Shown here piece after piece: positions 1 to 8,139 of a stretch of DNA of 24,000 nucleotides. Positions within the stretch are counted from its first letter, which is position 1. Each line of letters begins with the position of its first letter. Where the stretch lies: assembly GCF_002238045.1 (NCBI RefSeq), contig NZ_NBYO01000001.1, positions 1,466,161 to 1,490,160 on the forward strand, in the 5' to 3' direction. This DNA comes from Notoacmeibacter marinus. Its GTDB lineage: Bacteria; Pseudomonadota; Alphaproteobacteria; Rhizobiales; Rhizobiaceae. Position numbers and translations under genes: made by a program. The notes beneath the pieces are model-generated. The model did no database searches, had not been told where the DNA came from, and worked only from the letters and a program-made list of their open reading frames with translations.

Positions 1-228
1 CGCCGCCGCCAGCCCGCCGGAGAGGAAGGCCCCGGCGGCGAAGGGCAGACCCAGCATATAGGCACCGGCAACACCCGGCACGATGGAGTGAGACAGCGCA
101 TCGCCGATCAGCGACCAGCCCTTCAGCATGACGAAAGCGGACAGGAAGGCGCAGACCGCGCCGGTCAGCGACGCCAGCAGGATCGCATTGCGCATATATT
201 CATAGGTGAAGGGTTCGAAGAGGCTCAT
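1..228 (-). CDS. sitC: Metal (Mn/Fe-type) ABC transporter permease, first 76 codons only; the gene continues past the window start
   Basis: My own minus-strand translation from the ATG at 228-226 gives MSLFEPFTYEYMRNAILLASLTGAVCAFLSAFVMLKGWSLIGDALSHSIVPGVAGAYMLG..., a typical N-terminus of ABC-3 (TroC/SitC/MntC/ZnuB) permeases. The start overlaps the stop of the upstream ATPase gene (TGATG). It is the third gene of an SBP-ATPase-permease operon. Confidence 0.75.
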   Translation of the reverse strand, partial: MSLFEPFTYEYMRNAILLASLTGAVCAFLSAFVMLKGWSLIGDALSHSIVPGVAGAYMLGLPFAAGAFLSGGLAAA

Positions 229-1166
229 CACCTTGTCGGCTCGTCATCTTCGATTTCAGGCACGCCGTCATCTGCCGCCTTATGCGGCTGGTGTTCGTCG
301 CCGTAGAGCACGAAGGGCCGTTCCTCATCGGTGATGACGGTCAGGTGCCGCTCATCGTGATCCTCGTGCAGATCGGTGCCGGCCAGCACGAAATGGCGCA
401 GCGTGCCGCCGAAGGCCTCCTTCAGATTGTCGGGATTGAAGACCTCGGCGGTCGGACCGCTCGCCAGAACCGTGCCGCGCACGAAGACGGTCCTGTCGCA
501 ATATTCAGGCACCGAGCCGAGGTCGTGCGTGGAGACCAGAATGACGGAGCCTTCTTCCCGCAATTCGCGCAGGAGCGAAATGATCTTCTCTTCGGTGCCG
601 ACATCGACGCCGGTAAAAGGCTCGTCGAGCAAAATCAGATCGGCCTGCTGGGCCAGCGCACGGGCCAGGAAAACGCGTTTCCTCTGGCCGCCGGAAAGTT
701 CGCCGATCTGGCGGGTGGCGTAATCCTGCATCCCGACCCGAGCCAGCGCACCGGCCACTTTCTCATGGTCCCGCCGTCGCGCGCGGCGCAGCCATCCCAT
801 ATGGCCGTATCGGCCCATCATCACCACATCGCGCACCAGCACCGGAAAGGTCCAGTCGACCTCCTCGGCCTGGGGCACGTAGGCGATGCAGTTTGCGCGG
901 CGAGCCTCGCTCACCGTTCCTCCGAACACGCGAACCGAGCCCTCGGCCAGTGGCACGAAACCCATGATTGCCTTGAATAGGGTGGATTTTCCCGCGCCAT
1001 TGATGCCGACGAGAGCGGAAATGGTGCCGGTCGGCATGGTGCAGCTGGCGCCCCGAAGCGCCGTATGGCCATTGCGGTAGGTGACCGTGACGTTGTCGAT
1101 GACAAGGCCGCCGTTCATCTCCGCCAAGGGGCTGCCGGGCGCTCGATCCATGCGGCGGGCGCTCAT
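228..1166 (-). CDS. sitB: Metal ABC transporter ATP-binding protein with a His/Asp/Glu-rich C-terminal tail
   Basis: 312-aa ORF with Walker A GINGAGKST, ABC signature LSGGQRKR and Walker B LILLDEP. Its ATG overlaps the sitA stop (ATGA at 1163-1166). Confidence 0.88.
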   Translation of the reverse strand: MSARRMDRAPGSPLAEMNGGLVIDNVTVTYRNGHTALRGASCTMPTGTISALVGINGAGKSTLFKAIMGFVPLAEGSVRVFGGTVSEARRANCIAYVPQAEEVDWTFPVLVRDVVMMGRYGHMGWLRRARRRDHEKVAGALARVGMQDYATRQIGELSGGQRKRVFLARALAQQADLILLDEPFTGVDVGTEEKIISLLRELREEGSVILVSTHDLGSVPEYCDRTVFVRGTVLASGPTAEVFNPDNLKEAFGGTLRHFVLAGTDLHEDHDERHLTVITDEERPFVLYGDEHQPHKAADDGVPEIEDDEPTR

Positions 1167-2107
1167 CGTTCCAACGCCTTCGCAATGGCGTCCGTCGTCA
1201 CTGTCATCAGATCGAGATAACTTGGCACCGGTCCGCCCGGCTCCGAAAGGCTGTCGACATAGAGAACGCCGCCATAGGCAACGCCCGCTTCGCGCGCGAC
1301 CTGTCTGGCGGGTTTGTCGGAGACGGTGCTTTCGGAGAAGACGGCCGGTGCGCCGCTCTGCCGGACATCGGTAATCATGACCCGCATCTGGTCGGGTGTG
1401 CCCTGCGCATCGGCATTCATAGGCCAGATATAAAGTTCGCGCAGGCCGAGATCGCGCGCGAGATAGGAGAACGCGCCTTCCGATGTCGCCAGAACGCGGC
1501 GCTCCTCGGGCACCGCGGCGAGTCGCTCACGCAGCGTGCCATCCAAGGCATCGATTTTCGCAAGGTAGGATTCGGCGTTGGCGCGGTAGGCCTCTTCGCT
1601 GTCCGGGTCGATTTCGATGAGCGCTTCGCGGATATTCTCAACGTAGAGGCGGGCATTGCTGAGGCTCATCCAGGCGTGCGGATTCGGCACGTCGGCCCCG
1701 TCCACGCCGATGGAGATCGGCTCCACACCCTCAGACACAAGAATGGACGGCGCGTCGATGCCTTCGAGGAACCGCTCGAACCAGATTTCCAGATTGAGGC
1801 CGTTCCAAAGCAGCAGATCGGCAGACTGGATCGAGGCGATGGCCGGGGGCGTCGGCTGATAGGTATGCACATCCGCCCCGATTGGCACGATTGAAACGAC
1901 CTCCGCTTCTTCACCGCCGACATTGCGCGCCAGATCGGCGACGATGCTGAAGGTCGTCACGACCATCGGCTTGCCATCTGCAACGCCGGAACCGGCGTCG
2001 GCCGAAGCCTCGTTGCCGCCGCGCCCGCTATCCGAACAGGCGGAGAGCACAGCAAGGGCGATTGCCGCCATAAGGATACGAGGGATCGAACGCACACAGA
2101 ACTCCAT
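1163..2107 (-). CDS. sitA: Periplasmic metal-binding lipoprotein, TroA/PsaA/SitA cluster A-I solute-binding protein, probably Mn/Fe
   Basis: 314-aa ORF with a lipoprotein signal (ALAVLSAC lipobox). Candidate metal ligands in PsaA-like context: VHTYQP, NPHAWMS, TSEGAFSY, VDSLS (His/His/Glu/Asp pattern). It lacks the His-rich loop of ZnuA. Confidence 0.85.
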   Translation of the reverse strand: MEFCVRSIPRILMAAIALAVLSACSDSGRGGNEASADAGSGVADGKPMVVTTFSIVADLARNVGGEEAEVVSIVPIGADVHTYQPTPPAIASIQSADLLLWNGLNLEIWFERFLEGIDAPSILVSEGVEPISIGVDGADVPNPHAWMSLSNARLYVENIREALIEIDPDSEEAYRANAESYLAKIDALDGTLRERLAAVPEERRVLATSEGAFSYLARDLGLRELYIWPMNADAQGTPDQMRVMITDVRQSGAPAVFSESTVSDKPARQVAREAGVAYGGVLYVDSLSEPGGPVPSYLDLMTVTTDAIAKALER

Positions 2108-2121
2108 GATCGGTCATAGGC

Positions 2122-2180
2122 GCAAATGCATATGACAATAATTCGCAACTGGCAAGCTCTTGCGAATGAGTTGCATTTAA
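2122..2180. promoter_or_regulatory. Candidate Fur/Mur operator region in the sitA-fur divergent promoter (nested inverted repeats)
   Basis: ATTCGCAA (2141-2148) and TTGCGAAT (2160-2167) form a perfect 8-bp inverted repeat with an 11-nt spacer. It is flanked by GCAAATGCA (2122-2130) and TGCATTTAA (2172-2180), an imperfect IR. TGACAATAATTC resembles a Fur-box half. Binding is untested. Confidence 0.35.
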
Positions 2181-2218
2181 AATTGAACTGGATTTCGCCT
2201 CGTGCTAGCACGCAGTTC

Positions 2219-2653
2219 ATGACAGAACGCGATCCGCAGATTCTCGACGAGCTGGAAAACGATCTGCGCGCCGAAGGCGTTCGGATCACGCGTCAGCGCA
2301 TGGCGATCCTCTCCGCGCTGGCGGGATCGACGGATCACCCGACCGCCGAGGAACTGCTGAGCCGCGCTCGCGAGCAGGACCCGTCGGTTTCGCTGGCGAC
2401 AGTCTATCGTACCCTCTCAATCCTGGTCGAAGGCGGTACGGTGCTGCGCAACGAGTTCGAGGGAACGGGCGCGCGGTTCGAGCTGGCGGACAAGCCGCAT
2501 CACGATCACCTGATCGACCTCGATACGGGCGATGTGATCGAGTTCAGTTCGCGGCGCATCGAGAAGCTGCAGGAAGAGATCGCCGAGGAACTGGGCTACG
2601 ATATCGTCTATCACCGGCTCGAACTCTATGGGCGGGTGAAGAAGAAACCGTAG
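2219..2653 (+). CDS. fur: Fur-family metalloregulator (Mur/Fur-like; a manganese-responsive role is suggested by the sit neighbourhood)
   Basis: MTERDPQILDELENDLRAEGVRITRQRMAILSAL...HHDHLIDLDTGDVIEF has a winged-helix N-domain and the HHDH metal-site motif. I place the start at ATG 2219 (144 aa, typical Fur length) rather than the track start 2126, which lies inside the promoter repeats. Confidence 0.85.
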   Translation: MTERDPQILDELENDLRAEGVRITRQRMAILSALAGSTDHPTAEELLSRAREQDPSVSLATVYRTLSILVEGGTVLRNEFEGTGARFELADKPHHDHLIDLDTGDVIEFSSRRIEKLQEEIAEELGYDIVYHRLELYGRVKKKP

Positions 2654-2686
2654 GGACTTCCTGGGGACTTTTTCGCCTATTGCTCT

Positions 2687-2796
2687 ACCGTCATTCCGGG
2701 GCTTGTACCCGGAATCCAGAAGACAACGGCGCCACCCGGGATCCCGGCAATAAATGCCGAGATGACGGTCGTTATTGAATGCCGGGATGACGGCGT
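2687..2796. repeat. REP/RIME-like palindromic intergenic element between the convergent fur and fumC genes
   Basis: Hairpin ATTCCGGG-N7-CCCGGAAT (2693-2715). CCGTCAT (2688-2694) is complementary to ATGACGG at 2762-2768 and 2787-2793. There are two direct copies of AATGCCGRGATGACGG (2753-2768 and 2778-2793). Confidence 0.5.
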
Positions 2797-2810
2797 GACC
2801 GATGCTGGCT

Positions 2811-4259
2811 TCACGCGCCTGCCAGGCCGTCGCCGGTCATCGTTTCGGGACGGATGATGCGGTCATACTCTTCTTCAGTCACCTTGCCGCTGCGCAGCGC
2901 GGCCTGTCGCAAGGTGTCGCCTGTCTTGGCTGCATCCTTGGCGATATCGGCGGCAGCGTTGTAGCCGATCTCCGGCGCGAGCGCCGTCACCAGCATGAGC
3001 GAGCGCTCGACGTCGCCATCGATCCGCTCGCGGTTCAGTTCGGTGCCCTCGATGCAGAAGCGCCGAAAATTGATGGCGCCATCGGTCAGGATGCGGACGG
3101 AACGAAGCACATTGTCGATGACGACCGGGCGCATCACGTTCAATTGAAGATTGCCGCGCGCGCCGCCCATCGCCACGGCCTGATCGTTCGCCATGACCTG
3201 AATGGCGATCATCATCAGCGCCTCGCTCTGCGTCGGGTTGACCTTGCCCGGCATGATGGACGAGCCCGGCTCGTTCGGCGGGATCTGCAATTCGCCAAGG
3301 CCGAGGCGCGGGCCGGAGGCCAGCCAGCGAATATCGTCTGCAAGCTTCATGAGGACGACCGCCACGCCGCGCAGCCCGCCGCTCGCCTTCACCATGGCGT
3401 CGAGCCCGCCCTGTGCGGCGAATTTGTTCGGCGCGGTGACGAAGGTCTTGCCGGTCAGGTCCGCGATTTCCGCTGCGGTATCGGCCGAGAAACCCTCCGG
3501 TGCGTTGAGGCCGGTGCCGACGGCGGTGCCGCCGAGCGCCAGTTCCAGCAGCTTGCCGCTGGTCTCCTCGACGGTTTCGATGGCGTCACGAAGCTGGCCT
3601 GCCCAGCCATGCCATTCCTGCCCGACCGTTACCGGTACCGCGTCCTGCAAATGGGTGCGGCCGGTCTTGACCACATCCATCCAGCCATCGGCCTTCGTCT
3701 CGATGGCGCCGGCAAGATCGCGAAGCGCCGGCAGCAGATCGTCATCAATGGCGATTTTCGCGGCGATATGCATGGCGGTCGGAAAGGTGTCGTTCGATGA
3801 CTGGCCCATATTGACGTCATCGTTCGGGCCGACCGGGTCCTGGCTGCCGAGTTCGCCGCCAAAAAGCTGGATGGCGCGGTTCGCGATCACCTCATTGACG
3901 TTCATGTTGGTCTGGGTGCCGGACCCCGTCTGCCAGACGAAGAGCGGAAAATGATCGTCCAGCTTGCCGCCGATCACCTCGTCCGCCGCGCGGATGATCG
4001 CGTCGGCCTTCCAGTCCGCAAGGCGGCCCGCCTTGCGGTTGACGATGGCGCAGGCCTTCTTGACGACGCCATAGGCACGGTGAACCTCCGGCGCCATCCT
4101 GTCGCGGCCGATGGAGAAATGGTACAGCGAACGCTGCGTTTGCGCGCCCCAATAACGGTCGGCCGGCACCTCGACCTTGCCGAGGCTGTCGAACTCCGCG
4201 CGCATACCCTCGGCATCGATACCGATGGGCCGGTCTGTCATTTGCGGGTGGTCGCTCAT
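2811..4259 (-). CDS. fumC: Class II fumarate hydratase
   Basis: 482-aa ORF with WQTGSGTQTNMNVNEVIANRA, GQSSNDTFPTAMHIAA and the signature GSSIMPGKVNPTQSEAL (fumarase-type TQxE rather than the aspartase form). AGGAGC RBS lies before the ATG at 4259. An internal Met at 4205 would give a more canonical ~464 aa. Confidence 0.9.
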   Translation of the reverse strand: MSDHPQMTDRPIGIDAEGMRAEFDSLGKVEVPADRYWGAQTQRSLYHFSIGRDRMAPEVHRAYGVVKKACAIVNRKAGRLADWKADAIIRAADEVIGGKLDDHFPLFVWQTGSGTQTNMNVNEVIANRAIQLFGGELGSQDPVGPNDDVNMGQSSNDTFPTAMHIAAKIAIDDDLLPALRDLAGAIETKADGWMDVVKTGRTHLQDAVPVTVGQEWHGWAGQLRDAIETVEETSGKLLELALGGTAVGTGLNAPEGFSADTAAEIADLTGKTFVTAPNKFAAQGGLDAMVKASGGLRGVAVVLMKLADDIRWLASGPRLGLGELQIPPNEPGSSIMPGKVNPTQSEALMMIAIQVMANDQAVAMGGARGNLQLNVMRPVVIDNVLRSVRILTDGAINFRRFCIEGTELNRERIDGDVERSLMLVTALAPEIGYNAAADIAKDAAKTGDTLRQAALRSGKVTEEEYDRIIRPETMTGDGLAGA

Positions 4260-4313
4260 GGGGTGCTCCTGTCCTTGCCACCCATTTAATGCAGCGGACG
4301 ATGGAAAGAAGCG

Positions 4314-5786
4314 TCAGTCCTCGCTTCCGTCCGGGCGGGCAAGGGGGGCAAGCGCGTGATAGAGCGCACGGTAGCGTCGGTGGCGCTCGGCATGATGGTC
4401 GGCCTGATCGACGTTCGCCTCGAAGACCTTTTCGGTCGCCGGCTTTTCAGCCAGATCGTCGAGGGAGAGTTCGCCGCTCATCACCGCTGCGAGACGCGCC
4501 GCGCCATAGGCCGGACCGGTCTCCGCGCCGACCGTCCGCACCAGCGTGAGACCGAGCGCATCGGCAAGCGTCTGCAACACAAGATCGCTGCGCGTGCCGC
4601 CGCCGATCGCCATGGCCCGGTCGACCACGCCGCCAGCCGCTGCCAAACTGTCACGCGCGTCGCGAAAGCAATAGGCGATGGCGTCGATCACGGCGCGGGC
4701 CATCTCGCCGCGGCTCGTGGAAGATTCCAAGCCGGAGAAGGTGCCGCGAATATAGGGGTCGTTATGCGGGCTCCGTTCGCCCGTGAGATAGGGCAGGAAG
4801 AGCGGCAGCCGATCCTCTCTTGCTTGGCCCGCCTCGGCCAGAAGGGTCGGGATGTCGGCGCCGGCCACCGATGAAAACCAGGCCAGTGGCGACGCGCCGT
4901 TCAGCATAACGCCCATGCGGAACCAGCGCTCCGGCACCGCATGGGCAAAAGCGTGGACGTAGCTTTCCGGGTTGGGCCGATAGGTCTCGTCGGCAATGAA
5001 GAACTGCCCGGACGTGCCGAGCGACAAAAACGCATCGCCGTCTTTCACCGCGCCGATGCCGACCGCGCCGGTCGCCGCATCGCCGCCGCCCGCCGCGACG
5101 GGCGTTCCCGGCTGGAGGTCGAGCGCCTCGGCCGCCTCTGCGGTCAGACGGCCGCTTTCCTCGGTGCCTTCGTAGAGGGCCGGCAACCAGGCGGGATCGG
5201 TCGCGCTCGCCTCACACAGCGCGTCCGACCATTGGCGGCGCGCTTCGTCCAGCCAGAGCGTGCCGGCGGCATCGGCCATGTCGGTCGCCACTTCACCGGT
5301 CATTTGCAGGCGGACATAATCCTTCGGCAGCAGGATATGGGCGATCGCGCCGTAGGTTTCCGGCTCGTGGTCGCGCAACCACAGGATCTTCGGCGCGGTA
5401 AAGCCGGGCATGGCGGGCACGCCGGCGATCTGGCCGAGGCCCGGCAGGTTCTCCGCCATGACGTTGCATTCGGCGAAGGCGCGCCCATCGTTCCAGAGAA
5501 TCGCCGGGCGAAGGGGACGCCGGTCCGCGCCCAGAACGGTTGCGCCATGCATCTGGCCGGACAGGCCGATGGCGGCGATCTTCGCCCATGCGTCCGGTGC
5601 GTGGGCACGAGCTTCGGCGCAAGCGGCAACTGTCGCCGTCCACCAATCGTCAGGCGCCTGCTCGCTCCAGAGCGGACGGGGGCTCGAAATCGTCAGCGGC
5701 GCGCTCGCGGTCGCGACGACATCGCCATGAGCTGGCGCGACGACGACCTTGACGGCCGAGGTCCCGATATCGATGCCAAGAAACAT
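4314..5786 (-). CDS. xylB: Xylulokinase (FGGY carbohydrate kinase)
   Basis: MFLGIDIGTSAVKVVV..., GLSGQMHGATVLG and PAILWNDGRA motifs. The start is set at ATG 5786, preceded by GGAGGG, instead of the track start 5858. Confidence 0.85.
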   Translation of the reverse strand: MFLGIDIGTSAVKVVVAPAHGDVVATASAPLTISSPRPLWSEQAPDDWWTATVAACAEARAHAPDAWAKIAAIGLSGQMHGATVLGADRRPLRPAILWNDGRAFAECNVMAENLPGLGQIAGVPAMPGFTAPKILWLRDHEPETYGAIAHILLPKDYVRLQMTGEVATDMADAAGTLWLDEARRQWSDALCEASATDPAWLPALYEGTEESGRLTAEAAEALDLQPGTPVAAGGGDAATGAVGIGAVKDGDAFLSLGTSGQFFIADETYRPNPESYVHAFAHAVPERWFRMGVMLNGASPLAWFSSVAGADIPTLLAEAGQAREDRLPLFLPYLTGERSPHNDPYIRGTFSGLESSTSRGEMARAVIDAIAYCFRDARDSLAAAGGVVDRAMAIGGGTRSDLVLQTLADALGLTLVRTVGAETGPAYGAARLAAVMSGELSLDDLAEKPATEKVFEANVDQADHHAERHRRYRALYHALAPLARPDGSED

Positions 5787-5997
5787 GGAAACCCTCCCAA
5801 TACCGGCCGGACCACCGTGCCCGCCGATCATCCGGTTTTTCGAGGCGACACATAGCACAGGCGGCCGCCCGGGGAAGTTCCTATCGACCAGGGTTCATCC
5901 GGCTCTTCGGCACCGCATGGCAGGGCTGGACGAGATATCCCCTTGCTATGATGCCGCGCCGATCTCCATCGATTTTCGTAAAATCCAGCGCTCGACA

Positions 5998-6011
5998 GTT
6001 GCATCTGCAAC
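5998..6011. promoter_or_regulatory. 14-bp perfect palindrome GTTGCATCTGCAAC upstream of the TRAP SBP gene (candidate operator)
   Basis: Read directly: GTTGCA-TC-TGCAAC, 58 nt upstream of ATG 6069, in the xylB/TRAP-SBP divergent intergenic region. Confidence 0.25.
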
Positions 6012-6068
6012 CTTCCTGTCGAATGATGGGTTCATGCATACCGCATCGGTATGGAGAGGAGGATTGCA

Positions 6069-7190
6069 ATGAACTACACCCGTCACATGTTTATGGCCGG
6101 AATGGTCGGACTGGGCGCTCTTTTGGCCAGCGGCGCTGCACAGGCGCAGGAGGTCACGCTCCGGCTGCATCAGTTTCTGCCGCCGCAGGCCAATGTGCCG
6201 CAATTCGTGATCGATCCGTGGATCGAGCGGGTTGAGGAAGCCGCTGGCGGCAAGCTCAAGATCGAGCACTTTCCGGCCATGCAGCTCGGTGGCAAGCCAC
6301 CGGAGCTGATCGATCAGGTGATCGACGGGGCGGTCGACATCGCATGGACGGTGAACGGCTTTACGCCCGGCCGCTTTCCCCGGCCGGAAGTCTTCGAACT
6401 TCCCTTCATGATGACCAACGCCGAAGCGGCCTCCCGCGCCTATTGGGAACTCTTCGAAAAGGAGATGAAGGACACCGATTACGCCAATCTCCATATGCTC
6501 GGCGCATGGGTTCACGGCCCGGGCGTGCTGCACGTCAACAAACCGGTCGAAACCATGGACGACATGGCGAACGTCAAGTTCCGCACGCCGAGCCGGATGA
6601 TCGGCTTCCTTCTGGAAGAGCTCAACGCCGCGCCAATCGGCATGCCGATCACCTCGATCCCCGAAGCGCTGTCCAAAGGCGTGATCGACGGCGCGGTGGT
6701 GCCGTGGGAAGTGACGACGGCGCTGAAAATTCCCGAAATGGTCAAGAACCACACCGAGTTTGCCGAGGGCAACGCCTTCTACACCGTCACCTTCACGCTC
6801 TCCATGAACAAGGCCAAATATGAGAGCCTGCCGGACGATATCAAAAAGGCCATCGACGACAATTCCGGCATGGAATTCTCCGCGATGGGCGGCAAGATCC
6901 AGGCTTCCTACGATGCCCCGGCGCGCGAGAAGGCCGTGGAGATGGGCAACAACATCATCACCATCAGCCCGGAAGAAACGAAGAAATGGCGCGAAGCCGC
7001 GCAGCCCGTCTATGAACGCTGGGCCGCCGATATGGAAGCCAAGGGCATCGACGGCAAAGCGCTGATCGAAGAGGCGCAGGCGCTGATCGCCAAATATACC
7101 GAGCAGCAGGGCAATGGCTCTGCCGAACCGTCGACAGACGAAGCGGGCATGGACAAGCCTGCCGAAGGCGAGACGGCCCCCGCGCAGTAA
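6069..7190 (+). CDS. TRAP transporter solute-binding protein (DctP family), orphan, with a low-complexity acidic C-terminal tail
   Basis: Signal peptide MNYTRHMFMAGMVGLGALLASGAAQAQ. DctP-like core (LRLHQFLPP..., FELPFMM, FRTPS...). Start at ATG 6069 after GGAGAGGAGG. No DctQ or DctM gene is present in the window. Confidence 0.85.
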   Translation: MNYTRHMFMAGMVGLGALLASGAAQAQEVTLRLHQFLPPQANVPQFVIDPWIERVEEAAGGKLKIEHFPAMQLGGKPPELIDQVIDGAVDIAWTVNGFTPGRFPRPEVFELPFMMTNAEAASRAYWELFEKEMKDTDYANLHMLGAWVHGPGVLHVNKPVETMDDMANVKFRTPSRMIGFLLEELNAAPIGMPITSIPEALSKGVIDGAVVPWEVTTALKIPEMVKNHTEFAEGNAFYTVTFTLSMNKAKYESLPDDIKKAIDDNSGMEFSAMGGKIQASYDAPAREKAVEMGNNIITISPEETKKWREAAQPVYERWAADMEAKGIDGKALIEEAQALIAKYTEQQGNGSAEPSTDEAGMDKPAEGETAPAQ

Positions 7191-7220
7191 GCAGGGGCGC
7201 TCCCCAAGCCAAAACAGAAT

Positions 7221-7256
7221 GACGAACCCGGAGGGCGCAAGCCCTCCGGGTTCGTC
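7221..7256. terminator. Bidirectional intrinsic terminator between convergent genes
   Basis: Perfect 16-bp stem GACGAACCCGGAGGGC / GCCCTCCGGGTTCGTC with a GCAA loop. A T-rich tract follows on the minus-strand reading (CTGTTTT) and a weaker one on the plus strand. Confidence 0.7.
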
Positions 7257-7296
7257 GCTTCATTGGCCGCTGAGGCATCGGGCAAATCGCCGGCCG

Positions 7297-8139
7297 TCAG
7301 CCCCGTCGCTGCCAGACGCCCTCAATATCGACACGGCAGTTCTGACCACCACCGATTATTTTGGCCAGATGCGGCGCAAGGTTCAGTTTGATCCGCGTGC
7401 GGAGGCCGATGGTGTCGGTATCGCGTATCTCAATCCACTGGCGATTGCTGAAGGACATGCCGCTTTGCTGACCGGTCGTTTCCGGCGAAACCTCCACAAT
7501 CGTCGACGCCCAGCTGTTCGGACCCGTCGTCTTCCAGGAAAAGCGCGCAAAGCCCGGTCCGATCGATGTCGGATCGAACGGGTCGGAAAAAGCCAGTTCG
7601 CGCGGTGTGCTCGGCGGGATTTGCTGCTTCATTGCTCCTGCGAGCATGGCGGGGCAGCCAGTCATGTCTTGCGAGACCAGTTCCGGCACCCAGGTGCCGT
7701 CGGCAGGCTGGATCGACAATCCGGCACTGTCTTGGTCAAACACCTCCTCCGGCGCTTTCTCCGGCAGCTTCGACAGATCGGCGGGTTTGCCCTTCTTCGC
7801 CGGAGGCAGCTTTTGCGGCGGGCTCGGCGTATGATCGAGCTCCACCTCGACCTCGCCATCGCCGCCGAACTGGCGATCGATCTCGTCCAGCGGCGCGCGC
7901 GACCAGCGCGGCGGCATACCCTCTTCCAGAATGACGATACTGACATCGTCCGGCGCGTTCCAGATATCGTCCGGCAGGCCGCTCTGGACGATCAGGCGGT
8001 CGACCGTTCGGAACGCCGCGCCCTTTCCATCGGCCGCCGGTGTGGCGACGATGATGGTCGAGGCGGAGGGTTCGGCCGTCTGCGCGTGCGCCATGGCCGT
8101 GCCGAGCAGCAGCGCGGTGACGAGAAGCGGTGCTCTCAC
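7297..8139 (-). CDS. Secreted hypothetical protein with a Pro/Lys-rich linker, translationally coupled to the vWA gene
   Basis: The GTG start at 8139 overlaps the vWA stop (GTGA). Signal peptide MRAPLLVTALLLGTAMAHA. Linker PSPPQKLPPAKKGKPADLSKLPEKAPEE. I recognise no family. Confidence 0.6.
   Translation of the reverse strand: MRAPLLVTALLLGTAMAHAQTAEPSASTIIVATPAADGKGAAFRTVDRLIVQSGLPDDIWNAPDDVSIVILEEGMPPRWSRAPLDEIDRQFGGDGEVEVELDHTPSPPQKLPPAKKGKPADLSKLPEKAPEEVFDQDSAGLSIQPADGTWVPELVSQDMTGCPAMLAGAMKQQIPPSTPRELAFSDPFDPTSIGPGFARFSWKTTGPNSWASTIVEVSPETTGQQSGMSFSNRQWIEIRDTDTIGLRTRIKLNLAPHLAKIIGGGQNCRVDIEGVWQRRG

Noticed and set aside
1-2653. Calling the ABC importer and regulator znuABC/zur (zinc).
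   Set aside because: The binding protein lacks the His-rich loop typical of ZnuA and shows a His/His/Glu/Asp ligand pattern typical of Mn/Fe binders. The divergent Fur homologue next to sit genes matches the rhizobial Mur arrangement. Metal specificity is still unproven.
2811-4259. Aspartate ammonia-lyase as an alternative call for the fumC ORF.
   Set aside because: The signature loop reads GSSIMPGKVNPTQSEAL (fumarase C type). The N-terminal WQTGSGTQTNMN and SSNDTFPTAMH blocks also match FumC better than AspA.
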